Shown here piece after piece: positions 1-12,475 of a DNA stretch of 47,952 nucleotides. Numbering within the stretch: position 1 is the first letter of the stretch; each line of letters begins with the position of its first letter. Below the pieces are notes generated by a model. It did no database searches and was not told the DNA's origin. It worked only from the letters and a program-made list of their open reading frames with translations. A program made the position numbers and the translations under genes. Origin of the DNA: Catajapyx aquilonaris (Eukaryota); assembly GCA_000934665.2 (NCBI GenBank), contig KZ538162.1:62001-109952 (forward strand), given 5' to 3'.

Positions 1-3000
1 AATAGGCGACTGGCAGTCGTTTGGCCCGTCAGAAATTGGCGGCGTGCAGCCAGGAGGCAATCTCTCCCTAGCCCTTTGGCAGGGGCCTAGAGGCCTTTTC
101 TCTGATGAGAGATGGTGCACTGCAGCCAGCTAATTACTTCCTTACAAGTACATGTTTTGCATATTGTCCTCCCTAAGCCTCCATATGGGGACCGTTTTGC
201 TGGCCAATCACTCCGGAACAAATCGATCTACTACGTTAAAGGTCTCCAGGAATTCCAAGCTTGCCAAACTCGACTCCAGCTTTATTTTACCAGTCTATTG
301 ACGCTTTTTTTTGTGCGCATAGTGCATATGCAGGTCCCACATTTTACATGTGAATATACTCTAACCAATCCGAACATGCAATGGGCTCCTGCTTTATAGC
401 CATGCATCGATGACAAGAAAGCCAACGCCCCCCGGAAAGAATATTCCCATGTTGCAATTTGCTGCACCTGAACCGCATTGAAACAAGGCCTCTGCACGCT
501 ACATAACCTGCCATCAAATCTGCTCTAACTCACACACGCCACGTGCCAATCAACAATGACTAATTTGGCCGACACCAGCATCAAGCACCTCCCCGCGTGA
601 GAAAAAACTTCCATCCTGAAAAGTGTCCGAAGAGTGGACAGTGGAAAAGCAACTTTCAGGGCACGCCCCGTTTCCCCAGCTGAAAACCTGCGCTGCTCAT
701 TAACCGGCTCATAAGTGAGGTTATAGAGGCCACAATTAGTGCGGACCTCCCGTCAGGCACTTCATTGTTTTATTCCTGGACGCCAGAGCCCTGCGAGTCT
801 ATTGCTAGGGGTCCGCGCCGACTCTGTTTAACTTCATTACCTTGATGAATACCCCCTCCCCCCCAACCCACATCCCCCCCCCACCTTCCCCCTATCCGAA
901 AAGGGATGAAACAAAAGAGCCGCACTTGTAATAATATTTCATTCGACAGTGAACGCCGAGGAGGCCCCGCTGAAAAGTCACTGCTCATCGGGGGAATACT
1001 CTGATCAAACTTTCGACTGGTATAATCGAATTACCCTCACCGAGTAATTGGCCCCAAACCAGTTTGCATCAATCGCCACTCTTAGACGCCGCTCAAAATT
1101 TTGCTGACCCCAAATGGTGTGGACTATAGTTCGTCTATAGGTGGGGGGAAAAAATGGTGGAGTTTACTTTGGTGTCTCCGTTTTCCTAGCGGAGCAATCG
1201 ATGACCATATGACATCCGAGTCTCACTTGGTCCCCTTCACCAGACTGAGGTTTAGGAGGGAGAGGGCTACTTGTGTACATTTGGCCGGGTCAAACTACAT
1301 CCCTTTTGTTTGCACAATGGCCCTCCGAAAACCTCATCTAAGCCAAGTCCTTTTAAGTGCCTTTTTGGCAAATATATAGAGGCGGGGAAGGTCATATTAT
1401 GGACGTAAAAATTGAGATCCCCCTTCTGCAGGACATGTGTGGGTACTGGTTCCCACAGTACTGTTACATTTTAACCGTCGTGTTTTTTTGTGTGTGATTG
1501 TCGCCAAGTGGCACTTACTCTACCGGAAAGTCCCGGCTCCTGTGGTCCTTTTCTTCCTTCTCTTCACCCCGGACATGCAATTTCACGCATAGATCCAGCC
1601 GGCACTACAGGCCGTCCCAGAAATAATACCCGTGAGGTCGGGTAGGGTAGAGAAAAGGACTCCAAAGTACTAAATCCCATTCGTCATTCCTGGTGGATCA
1701 ATGTGACCTAGCCTCCAGACAGACAGATGCACCGCTTCTTTTCCATGTTTTGTCTCCGTTTGCCACCAGATTAGGACGACCCGGTTCTAACCATTTTTTT
1801 TTTCATCCAACCCGTTCTATACCTTTTAATGTCTCTGCCCGAGCGATTAAATCCCATTGTTGCCAAAGGGGAAAGACAGCGGAGTAAAAAAAATAAATGC
1901 TTTTCTAAAAGCTCGGTGTGTGTTTGGGATCAAGAGCAAGATTGATTGCCAAGCTCCTGTTGTTGTAGGTCTGCTCTGTACAGGGTCCTCTAGCAGACAC
2001 CATTTCTGTCGCAAACCTCCCGGCAAATTACCTTGTCATTGTGGCACAACATGGGGGGAGGGGGACTCACTGATGCTTACACTCGTTTTCTTTTCCAGAT
2101 GATTTCCTTTGAACAGGAAAAGTAGGCTCTTGGGGACAACCTGAAAAGCTTGTAAGCCCTCCATGTGCAGGCTATACATAATACTATTCGTGCAAGCAAA
2201 TCCTTGGGGCTATTTGGACAACACGACCTCCCTACGGATTTTATAATGTCACGACAACGGGTACAGTGTCTCCTGACCAACTTTAGGGGGGCGACAACCA
2301 CCATACTTAGTCATGAGAAGAAAGTTTAATCACGGTAATGCGTCCACTACTTGTTTGTTTCGTTACGACGGAGAAAATCTAGCAAAGGAGTGGAGGAGTG
2401 GGGAGGGAGACTACAGGAAATTGCCTAAATTACTCTATTTGAAACTCAACTTTGCGGGCTCATTTTGCACGCGAGGTCTCTNNNNCCCCCCCCCCCCCTC
2501 CACCTCCCAAAAGTTGATTCATAAATGCGGCTGTTGGCGATTCATATGGTTTCTGGCTTGCTCTCCATGTACGACATTACTGAATCAATTACGGAAATTT
2601 TGGTGGCTGAAAATAAACTTTCAAAACTTGATAAAATCACGAGGGGGCTATATAAAACTTGCAAACATTTCTTAGGGAGGGCTTAAATGCTAAAAATCTG
2701 TCCATTGAATTCGCACTCGGTTTGCGTGAGGAAAATTTGTACAGGTTTTTTTTTCAGATTTTGCTGTCATTAACCGTCAAATAGTATCCTTAGTTTTTGT
2801 CCACACTACTGAAGGGATTAAAGAATGGAATATAGGGAAGCGAATTAAACGTGCCCTTCGCTCTCTATAGCGCTTCCCTGGCTCTATTTTTCTTACACTA
2901 TTTTCCTACTTGAGGCAATTTGCCTATCCCAATATTTACTGTTTACTCAGACCACAAACCGATCTATTTTAAAGTGTATAGTATATTAAGAGTGCATGGC

Positions 3001-3230
3001 TCCCTCCTTTAAATTATACCCTGGAACCTAAAACATTCTGGTTGGCATCTATCAATTCCTAGATTGAAATTATATTCATACAGCCACTATGTAGTCAACT
3101 TTACAGTAAAAAGGACGGTAAGGAGAAGGGAAGAAAAAAAAAGGGCCAAGACCCAAAATCAACTTGTATAAACATGGAGGAAATCGATTAGAGATTGGAA
3201 AGTTTCAAAATTGCCCCGACAGAAACTTAC

Positions 3231-3243
3231 AAGGAGGAGGGAA
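3231..3243 (-). other. Candidate 13-nt microexon
   Basis: Minus strand reads cttaac-ttttttgccctcttc-tag|TTCCCTCCTCCTT|gtaagt: branch-point-like motif, pyrimidine tract, TAG acceptor and consensus GTAAGT donor. No transcript evidence. Confidence 0.25.
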
Positions 3244-3606
3244 CTAGAAGAGGGCAAAAAAGTTAAGCACAACCAACTTTCCTATTGTCGAAACTCTGTG
3301 CCGAAATGAGGAAGCAGAAAGGAAGAGGTAGGTGGGTGGGTGGGTTTTGGCCAGGGTGGGGGGTAGGAGTGGAAACGGAACTACTCTATCACACGACAAG
3401 GTTGCCAAGTTCTAGCCGATGCATTTCCTCCCCGTTTCATATTATTAGCAGGAAAAAGTTTAATCCAAGTAGGTAACTAGTTCACCAGAATAAAATAATG
3501 TTAGGATGATGCACATTAGAATGAATTTTGATATACCCTAATTATTTTGGTGTCACCTGTGCATCTACTATATGGGGGTGTAAGCTAGTTGTAAAATATG
3601 TTGTTA

Positions 3607-3886
3607 CTCTCCGATTCACATAAGAGTGAACCTTTTTGGATATCCATACGCACGAAAGTAGTGCCCACCATGCCGGGCCCTACCGCTCCTCACAACAAAA
3701 TGTGTAGTTTGTGTATCTCTGCAGCTACCGCATGGGCTGCCCATGATAATTAGGCATTCGAATTACATGTACCAACACTGTTTCTTCGAGAAAGCCAGAG
3801 ATACCGGGGACTAATTTTGCGGCGCCCCACCGACCCCTCGGGCGTATGGATATCCAAAAAGGTTCACTCTTATGTGAATCGGAGAG
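3607..3886. mobile_element. Non-autonomous DNA transposon (MITE), Tc1/mariner-type, 280 bp
   Basis: Perfect 45-bp terminal inverted repeats: 3607-3651 CTCTCCGATTCACATAAGAGTGAACCTTTTTGGATATCCATACGC, and its reverse complement at 3842-3886. TA lies on both sides (3605-3606, 3887-3888), the Tc1/mariner target-site duplication. No ORF inside. Confidence 0.9.
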
Positions 3887-6800
3887 TAGATGTCGTGGAT
3901 GCAAGGGGTGGACTTCGGAAAAGTCTTTGAGATGTATGACTCTGTACAGGAGTAGCCAGAGACGAGGCTAGTCTAATAAATTGGTTGTTGAACTGGAGAG
4001 ATTACCTAAGGAGGTCAGTTATCACAAACCGTACCGAGACCTTCAGAGACCTGCAGTGAAATTTCGCACGTTTGCACATACAGACGACATTGCCTCGACT
4101 TCCGAACCATTTTACGAGCAACGGGCACGGGCCAAAAGCAAACCAATAGCAGAACTTTATATTGTGGCGGGGGGCCGTAGATTTAACCGATAAGTCTCTA
4201 ATTGCAGTCATAAACCGACTCTGGGATATCCTCTACCTATAGCGGAAGAGAGGTCGGCTGAATATCGGTCGAAACAAAGCTGCTTTGCAATCGGGGGATA
4301 ATGTAGGCGATTCACTCCAAGCTCATCGACGTGCTGGGAATAGCGTTACACAGTACCCCATCCCCAAAAATTATACATATTTTTTACCACCCCCTCCCCC
4401 CTCCCCTTTGCCGAGAGTAGAGCGATGAGAATATTGACACGCGCCCGTGGGAAAAAAATGGCAGAACTTTCAATCTGGAAATCGGTCAGATTTGCATAAT
4501 TATTACCGAGCGCACATTTTGGCAACTTTCAACTTGCTTGCATTTGCACAAAAAAAAAACCCTTCCCGTTGCAGCAGGACTGGTATATACATATTTTGAG
4601 CTCCCAAGAGAATGGACAGTAATCCAAAAGGCGGCTTCCTTCATCCATCACTGCGCCGAATTGCACTTGTATTTCTTCGTTTCCCTTGACGCGGCTCAGC
4701 ATCTCATCCTTTCCTTCCAAAAAGCCACCGGCATCGAGTTGGAGTCCAAAGAGTACTGCAGCACTGCTTCTTCCTTCCTTCTTACTTTTTTTTTTCTTCT
4801 TCCCCATCTTCCTTCTCTCTCTTGGCGGTAGTCCGACTCGTCAAGATGAGTGATTAGATTGTAAAAACCTTTGGGATTATACGCCTCCGATTGGGATTAT
4901 GCCGTCCGAGCCCCTTTCCTCCCCATCTCCTCGTGATTAAAGGTAGCCTCCTGGAGGCCCAAGGAAGAAGAGAAAAAGAGAGACAAGTCTGGTGCTGCNN
5001 NNNNNNNNNNNNAAAAAAAAGGAGATTCTCTTCTTCCTTCTTCTTTTCTTCCCAAAGAAATCGAAGTGACAGCGCCTCTTCAAGCGCTGCAAACGGGGCG
5101 TCGAGGAATCTCTTTGATACCAACCTAGTTGAATTACCCCACCGAGTGTATCCCATTAGAGTTGCAAAGCCTTAGGCCTCGTTTATGGAAGCGACCGGGC
5201 AAAAGGTGGGCGGTAGGGGGGAAAAGCAGAGGATCGATCAGGTTCAAACTCCAAAACGACAATAGAATTAATTTGCCGCTTTTGTAACAAATTAATTCCA
5301 TTCCAAACAGTTCCCTCTCTCCACCATCTCTTTCCGTATACTTTCATTACAGAAAAGCTCCCCAGATTTTGAGGGAGGTCGACGACGTCTCCAGCCACCG
5401 TCAGCAGATCCCAATCGTCGGAAGGGATGCGCCAGACCATTCAAATGAAAATCGGACACGGGATGGGGCCAAGAAGGAGAGGCATTCACGTGGAGAGAGA
5501 TACCTCCTTCTCCGGAATCCTCCCCCATTCCTCCCAGCCTCCGGGTTCCAAAACTTCATCCCCCTGCTGGCTTTCCATGTTATCTCCTCTGCAGGCAGAC
5601 GGAGAGTCCCCCGGATGCTGGGGGTAAAAAAGTTAGGGATGGAAAGATGTGTGGGGAGTAGGGGGTGGTGGTGGGGACCTCAAGAAGCTCGCCTGAATTT
5701 GCAGACCGGGGAATGAAATTAAATGGCGCCCAGGGCTGCGCATGTGTCAGCCCCTTCAAGATACTTCCCTCCAGGAGATGGATGTGAGAGACTCTATATC
5801 CTGACAATGTCCGAGGGCACCAACTGCAAGTATTACGGTGGTGTAAAACCGAATTTTTTTCGCTAAAAAAAACGGATCGTAAACTGCATTCACGTGCAGT
5901 GAAAAAATCGAATGAGCGCTCCCCGTTTTTAATTGCACCATATATCATCATTTATAGCGTAACGAAACTGCGGGTTATGAATTTAATAATTCAACCCCGA
6001 GCTGGCTCCTCTGAAACGATGCCTTTGAGAAAACGTGTCCACTTTGGTACTGAAGCAATCCTGCTTGTCAATACTAGGTTCTCACTGCCTACCAGGGGCA
6101 ACACCCTGAGAAACACTAGCCCGGACAGCTAATATAATCTTCCCTTTTATCTGGAGGAAAGGTCCAGGATCTCTGTCTTGTTGGACCCTATTTTTTTTCT
6201 TCGTCTTACCCAGAGCTTTCCAATCAGACACGACACCAGTCAAGTTCCACAAAAAATGGTCAAAAACTATCAGGTGAAACTATGAGGCGGCTCATGGTGT
6301 GAAAGCGGTGCCAAAAAAAGCGGCACATTCCTTCCTGACTGGATGTGTAGACAAAGACTGATAATGGTAATAAATGTGCCGAAATGCCTGTCAGCCCGTT
6401 ATTGCCCCGTCATACTAACAACCTTATCTCTGAAACGAGCCGACTTGCTGCTAATTAGCAAATCTTTCATGTTGGGAAGCGATGAGGAGGACCTTGCCGA
6501 AGCAATTTGGCTTAAATATACGGCAAGGCAGCTAGGGGTCGTGGCCAAAATAACGCCGTCGGGAGGACCCCTAAGTAAAGCGGGATATATCTCCATCAAG
6601 CTTGCTGGCGTCACCATTCATCAAGCAATCAGTAAGAGTGTTTCTTGTTTTCCAAGGGAGGTGCTTTTAAGCTAGTCTGGTGCTTCACAATCCCCTATTG
6701 ACTAAGAAACGAAACTTTGGCAACTGTCTCATTCAGGAAAATTAGCAAACTCCCGCTTCATTTGCAGACGGAATTTGCAAATGCTCAAAATGCCATGTCA

Positions 6801-7178
6801 ATTTCTATCATTCCTAATTGGATGACCAAGGCCAGGTATATGTTCCTTACCGATCCGGTCGTTAAAGTCGCCCATGAATTTTCGAATCCTGACACCTAAG
6901 AATGTCCGGTATGTCACCGGTTCCGTGAGGCCTTCTAACATGCCCCTACTTGATCGCGCAAGAAATGCACTTTGCTTCCAAGCAAGCCAGCAACGAAAAG
7001 ACAAATTGTGACGGCCGCCACCTTTATTTCACTTGGAAAGGATTTCCAGGAAAGCTTTTCCGGGCCTGCTTGTAGGCCATTACAAAAGGGCGGGATCCCA
7101 CGTAAATGCGCGCTTTTGTGCCATCATCTGTATTCAGTACCACGTGGAGTTGGCGTGACTAATGCTCCATCGAGCTAG

Positions 7179-7193
7179 GAAGAAGAAGAAGAA
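7179..7193. repeat. (GAA)5 microsatellite
   Basis: Read directly from the sequence. Confidence 0.85.
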
Positions 7194-9840
7194 GCTCAAC
7201 CGTCATCTTTACGGCATCTTCTCTGGAGGCTCTCAACGGAAGCATCACGGAGAAAGGTAAAAGGGTCTCTCTTCGGCCTCCCAAAGATAAGCCACACGTA
7301 AAGAAACTTCGCCTGGACTTTGGGAGACGAAACGGTCCCTAGAGGAAGCGCATCTCCGCGACCATTTGATACCCTCAGCGAGTCCAAACAACCCAAAACG
7401 ATATTGGGACCGATGGCCTTCCATTTCACCTGGCTTGTGGTAGAGGCCATTCGACCACAATCACCAAGCTGGCCCACTGCCTGACCAAAGAATTCAGACC
7501 TTTTGGCTTCTTTCCCGTTTCAAAATGGCGGGGGTGGGGATTGACACTTGTCACAACCCTTGCTGCTACTTTGCTCATTATGACTCCCCAACTTTGTACC
7601 TGGCGTGACTGGGTTACATGTTTCTTCTGGCGCATAATTTACCTGCTGTCCCAGCAGGAGAGGGAAAAGAGGGGGGGTTTTTCCCTCGTTATTCTCTTAT
7701 CCGTCCCCCAATATGTGTAATTTGAGCTCGTATTGTTCAGTGCGTTGCGCCCGGATGGCATTGATCAACGTCCATCAGTTTTTCCGGACGCCCAAGGGAC
7801 GTGGGATTTTTGGTGTGCTATTACAGGAACCAGGAAATAAAAGGTGTGTCATAGAACGCCTCTGCATACCTGTAATGCGGTACTGAACTGTTTATCCATT
7901 TTGTCATTTTTCTCCCTCTGGGAAAAATAAGCTGCCAACAGTGGTGCCTCCCAATCTACTGGTGCAAATTACAACGTCCATTCACCGTTAGTGGCAGAAT
8001 AATTCAGACATATATGCAAGAAGTTGAGAAAAATTACTAATATTCCTACATCATGTAGTCTGCTTATTAGCACTATCGAAAGGGCCGCTATTTGCACTAC
8101 CTTCCTTCGTGCAAATTATGTTTCGCATATACACTCCCATTATTCACTCTGGCTGCACTCACTTTCATGCACAAAAAACTACCACATATCCCCAGCAAAT
8201 CATTCAGCTATCCCAAACCGCCCCGAGTATTCACAAAATCAGTCAACCCACTCATGAAGCGATTCAAATGAAAATTTTCCCTGACACACGAAAGTGCATA
8301 TATAACTCAATGCTGATTCCAATAGCGAGCCAGCAGGCCAACGTTACCTTTTGGACAACACAAATGCCCAAAACTACATGTCACTATCGACCCGTTGTGC
8401 TCGTGACAGTGGTCATAACAAATTGCACCCCACATGTCAAGCAGTATTACCATTTAATTCTATGTATGAACAATATAATTTTGAACACCCACCCAATGCC
8501 AGTCACCACCATAAACAAATACTGAAAAGGTGCAAAAAATTTTTTTTACAATTTTGGCAAAAGGGGTGTCCAGATCTTCCTAGATCTCCCCCACAAAATG
8601 CAAGTCCTGCGGGCGGTCCCTAATAAAGGGGTGGGGAAAGCTGTCAGTTCCCCCTTCGTGTGGGGTCGAGCCCCCAAACCCACGGGAGACCGCCCGGGTA
8701 CAGACGTCGGTTCAAGGGAGCACGACGCGCGCCTGTCATTAAGACCTAATCCAATTACCACATCGCGTTTCGGGGAAAAGGTTGCAGGCGGAGGGGAAAA
8801 ACTGGACAAAAGCCCAACGAAATTGCGTCGGACTCGATGAACGTCAGTCGCTTGAGTTTCTTCTGCTGGACCCTAGTGCTGTAAACACACTGTTCAAGGC
8901 GAAGATGTAAGTGGAAGAATTGAATTCGGACAATTCAGCTTTGTCATGAGTTTAGCATAAGCCAGCTGGGGCACTCTTTTTTGCTTATTATGCTAACCAG
9001 CAATAGAATCGACAAAAAAAGATGGCTTACGAAAATTAAATGTCGCATATGGCGTTGACAGCGTTTTTCTAAATAAAAAAGAAGGGTCGTTTTAATACCA
9101 GAAGCCATTACAGGAATTACCCTGACTGGAAAGAGAAATTAGCGGCCATGTCTTATTGATCTGGACAGTATATCTTCTCTTGTTCCTCCTCCATGTGCTC
9201 ATCGCAGCCATTAGCGGAAAGGCCAAATATTAGGTTTTTGTGATTGCCGAGTGACTTCATAGGGGGCAAGGATGGGTCTAGATTAGTGGAGGGGAGGAAA
9301 ATTTTCTAGTGGTTGGGGGTATTTCGGCCCCGATTATGATCATCTGTGCTCCAGGGAGATGTGTGGATTTTCGTAGATTGGCATTTTTTTTATATACGTG
9401 CCTGATGGGGAAAATTCCCCCACCGATAATAGAAAATTTGGCAGATTCATTTCCCCTAGCCAATTACCGTAATGAGTCAAAATTTACTGCCGTGACCCAA
9501 TGCTGAAAGTCCAAAGATGTTGGCGGAAATGGGCTTTTTGTGACGGTTTCGATTCGATTACGTCGAGTCAATACCTTTAGGCTGTACAAAGATAGGTGCG
9601 GTAAATCTGAATTAGTGCCGTGTTTGATCGCGAGATTTGTGCATCACACTAATCAGCTCGTTCGATACATCAAACACGTAAAGTCAGTGCCGAGTTGATT
9701 AAAGCGCACACAACATAGGTATTTTTCATATACGTCGTACAGATGTCGGTGCTTAATTATAACTACGACGTCAAACGCCTGGATCTGAAGGATTCTGATT
9801 GAAATTGTCTCTCCTGGGGTTTGGTATAGCCTAAAATACG

Positions 9841-9899
9841 GACCGTTTGTGTGACCGTTAGAAATTTTGACAGTTGGACCGTTTGGCCGTTTGACCGTT
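9841..9899. promoter_or_regulatory. Cluster of six GACCGTT-like motifs (Myb/Ovo-type AACGG sites)
   Basis: GACCGTT at 9841, 9853, 9877 and 9893, with variants GACAGTT (9869) and GGCCGTT (9885). The last four have an exact 8-bp period. The reverse complement includes CAACGG, TAACGG and CAACTG, which match the Myb YAACKG consensus. Confidence 0.4.
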
Positions 9900-10101
9900 G
9901 GACAAGGGGGTGCAGCGTGGCTGTGCACAAGCCAGCGGCGATTGGACACGAGGTAGATAGCAAGGAAAAGGCCCGGTTTTTACAGATAATTTGTCAGGGG
10001 CAACAGAGCGGGACGTTGACCACCACGAGGCAATATTGAGAATGAAAGCAAAATCCCGAGAAGAAAGGGGGGAGTTGAGTGGAGAGGTTGGGTAAAAAAA
10101 A

Positions 10102-10290
10102 AGAATGGTGGCAAGCTTCCAGGCTTATATATATCTGGGCATAGCCGCGTCCTCTGCACTCCCAATAGCTTTCTTCTCGGCTCCCTCTTGCGCCATGTGA
10201 TTTCAATCGCACCCATTTATCTTGGTCGGCGGCCGCCATGCCCTTTCCCTGTCAGATATCGCCCGCCCCAGCGATTAATGTTCCAATATT
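10102..10290 (-). promoter_or_regulatory. Candidate Pol II promoter A (TATA + Inr + CCAAT + GC box)
   Basis: Minus-strand TATATAAG (10124-10131) with a perfect Inr CCATTCT (A at 10106) about 25 nt downstream. CCAAT at 10162-10166 and 10283-10287, GC box CGCCCGCCCC at ~10260-10269, and local CpG enrichment. Confidence 0.55.
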
Positions 10291-11282
10291 CACTGCTGAT
10301 CAGACCTTTTTTATGGCGTGGTGTAGAGGGAGGGTAGGTAGGGTTGGTGGGGAGGAAAAAGCCGACCCTCCCTTTTGCTTGCCGGCACCCATCTTCATAC
10401 GGCCTTTTGGCCTAGGTTCTGGCCTGGGCTGAAATTGTCTCACCTTCTTTACGGCCCTCGGCGCGGGGTTTTTACAGCGTTTGGGCCCGACCTCCGATGT
10501 ACGTCACGGCCCGAAAGTGTGGCCGCAGGAGGAAATGACTTTTACAGCCTAACTAAAGTCCACTTGCCCCATTTCGAGTCGCTACGTGAAAATGATATTG
10601 GAAGTATCTCGCGCGATAACCGAATTTTCCGCCGCACGAATCATCTGGGGAGGGGTGCTGCTGGGCGCCATCGGGGGAAATTTCTCAAGACATTTCCCCC
10701 CTCTTCAACCTTCCCCCCTCTCCTTCTCTTGCTACTTTGGCTGCTGTTGCCTGTTAATTCGTGACATTTGGGCCTAATTGAATATCTCGCGCTTTGATTC
10801 CGAGCTTCTTTCTCAATTTGGGGAAACGATCCCAAGGCAGGCGTTTCGACGCTCTGACGTTGAGTCTTTGAGCCTCGGTCGTGTCATCGTATACTTGCGC
10901 ACGATGGCCGTTCTTCCCGTCTAATGCCTGCCAACGAATATCCCCAGCGGAGGAGCCTTCTCTCACGTGTATTCATAGAAATTACTTGGAATGAGGAACG
11001 CTCATAATTAAGAAACTTTGTTAACTTCCACCCCTCCTTCCTATTAAAATTCACAACCGGAACTTATAAGTTGAAGAAGGCAGAGGAGAAACCTTCGGAA
11101 AGACCCTCACGGGCATCACAACACAAGACCCTTCGCTTCATGAAAGAAGAGCGGGAAGAAAAAATGAAGTTTTCAACCCTCACCCAAAAACTTCCCCACC
11201 TCTGAATTTTCATATTTACCACCAGAAGCCTTTTTATGTACACTCTTCTGAGCCCACTCCACCCTTGCGAATCTGGGGGGGG

Positions 11283-11312
11283 NNNNNNNNNNNNNNNNNN
11301 NNNNNNNNNNNN
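11283..11312. other. Assembly gap (largest of six: 2482-2485, 4999-5012, 11283-11312, 22126-22148, 32396-32397, 43042)
   Basis: N runs, each next to a poly-G, poly-C or poly-A homopolymer. Confidence 0.99.
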
Positions 11313-12389
11313 CTGCATTTAATCCGGTTGCCCTGCACTGACACTCTTGGCAGGTATTACTTCGCTAAACCCGACTCTGCACGATGAGCAGGTAAATCCT
11401 ACTCGGTTTCTTTTACAATTTCTTCCGCAGTTCTCTACTTTGTTCGACCTAAAGCAGAATAAATGTTCCAATTGTATCCCGACTTGGTATCCAGACTTGG
11501 ACAATCGTTATTAAAATCTAATCATGATATTGAAAATCTGCATGCATGTGTATTATCTTTTTTAAAAACTGTTCCAGTGTTTTCATTTTCTGCTAGGTTT
11601 GTCAGAAACTTTCTCGCTAAAAACTTTCAGCTACACTGTAGTAAACAATAGGTCCTCGCAAAAAAAAGGTAATGCTCTGCACAAAATGCGTAATAAAAAA
11701 TTACGATTATGTTCGTCTGCAGAATTTCCGCTGATATCATAAAGCGAGTCCGAGAGTGAGTGTCTGTAGGGAGAGCTATACATGCTGATATAAAGCGTGG
11801 GTCGAAAGTCGGATGTTTACTGGCAGACTCGTGTCTTCTTCGACTTTTGCATTATTCTCTCGTTTTACAGTCCCTACTCTTTGTTTTTGACTCTTTAGAA
11901 ATACAGTACTTGATTTTAGCTTGGTTTTCCATTTTGGGTGCAAAATGCCGTGACAAAAGTTCATTCCTCTACTTTTGCATACGGCCTAAGTATACTGCAA
12001 TGGGTGACCATGGCAGCGACTGATTATTCCGAATGTGTCGAGAACTCTAAGGAGCTCGACTTGGTTAGCAGCCTATTTGCTGCACGCGCTCGTTTCATTC
12101 ACGAAAAATACTCCTAGGCAGGTTTTATCACTTGACAGTAATTCTTGCTTTGGGGGGGGCAGACACTGAGCAATTTGAGTTTTTGTATTGTAAAAAAAGT
12201 CACATGATTGCATGTCTTGTGCATTTCCTTTTCTGCTTGGCATCCTGGAAGTGCTTCGAATCGGAAAATTCCAAGGAAATTGCAATTCCATCATATCGGT
12301 GCAATACATTCCCCTTGGTGAAACGGCCAACAATTGCCATTCATCTGCAGTGCACAAGAAGAGCAAAAGAGCGGCCTCTCCTTCTTTGT

Positions 12390-12475
12390 CAATGGAGAAT
12401 GGCGGCGCAGCTAGGCTTTTATAGATCGGCAATTCTCGAGAGGAGGAAGCAAGCGCATGCTGCAGCCATCCAATC
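12390..12475 (-). promoter_or_regulatory. Candidate Pol II promoter B (TATA + Inr + CCAAT)
   Basis: Minus-strand consensus TATAAAAG (12416-12423). Inr-like CCATTCT (A at 12400) and CCATTG (A at 12393, 30 nt from the TATA start). CCAAT at 12470-12474 (about -75 to -80). Partial NRF1-like GCGCATGC at 12453-12460. Confidence 0.6.

Noticed and set aside
1227..1247. miR-133-like sequence TTGGTCCCCTTCACCAGACTG
   Set aside because: It matches mature miR-133 for 13 nt, but has two indels and no complementary 5' arm upstream. A similar partial match at ~34713 also diverges after 12 nt.
7600..7680. Further AG|GT junctions (minus 7642 CAG|GTAAAT, minus ~29841 TAG|GTAAAA, plus ~28196 CAG|GTACGT)
   Set aside because: Weaker pyrimidine tracts or regenerated donors, and no consensus downstream donor. 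Not distinguishable from background.
7938..8595. Possible degraded DNA-transposon fragments (also ~19300-19960 and ~43570-44130)
   Set aside because: Composition differs from the flanks, but I could not find paired TIRs or TSDs. A repeat-library search is needed.
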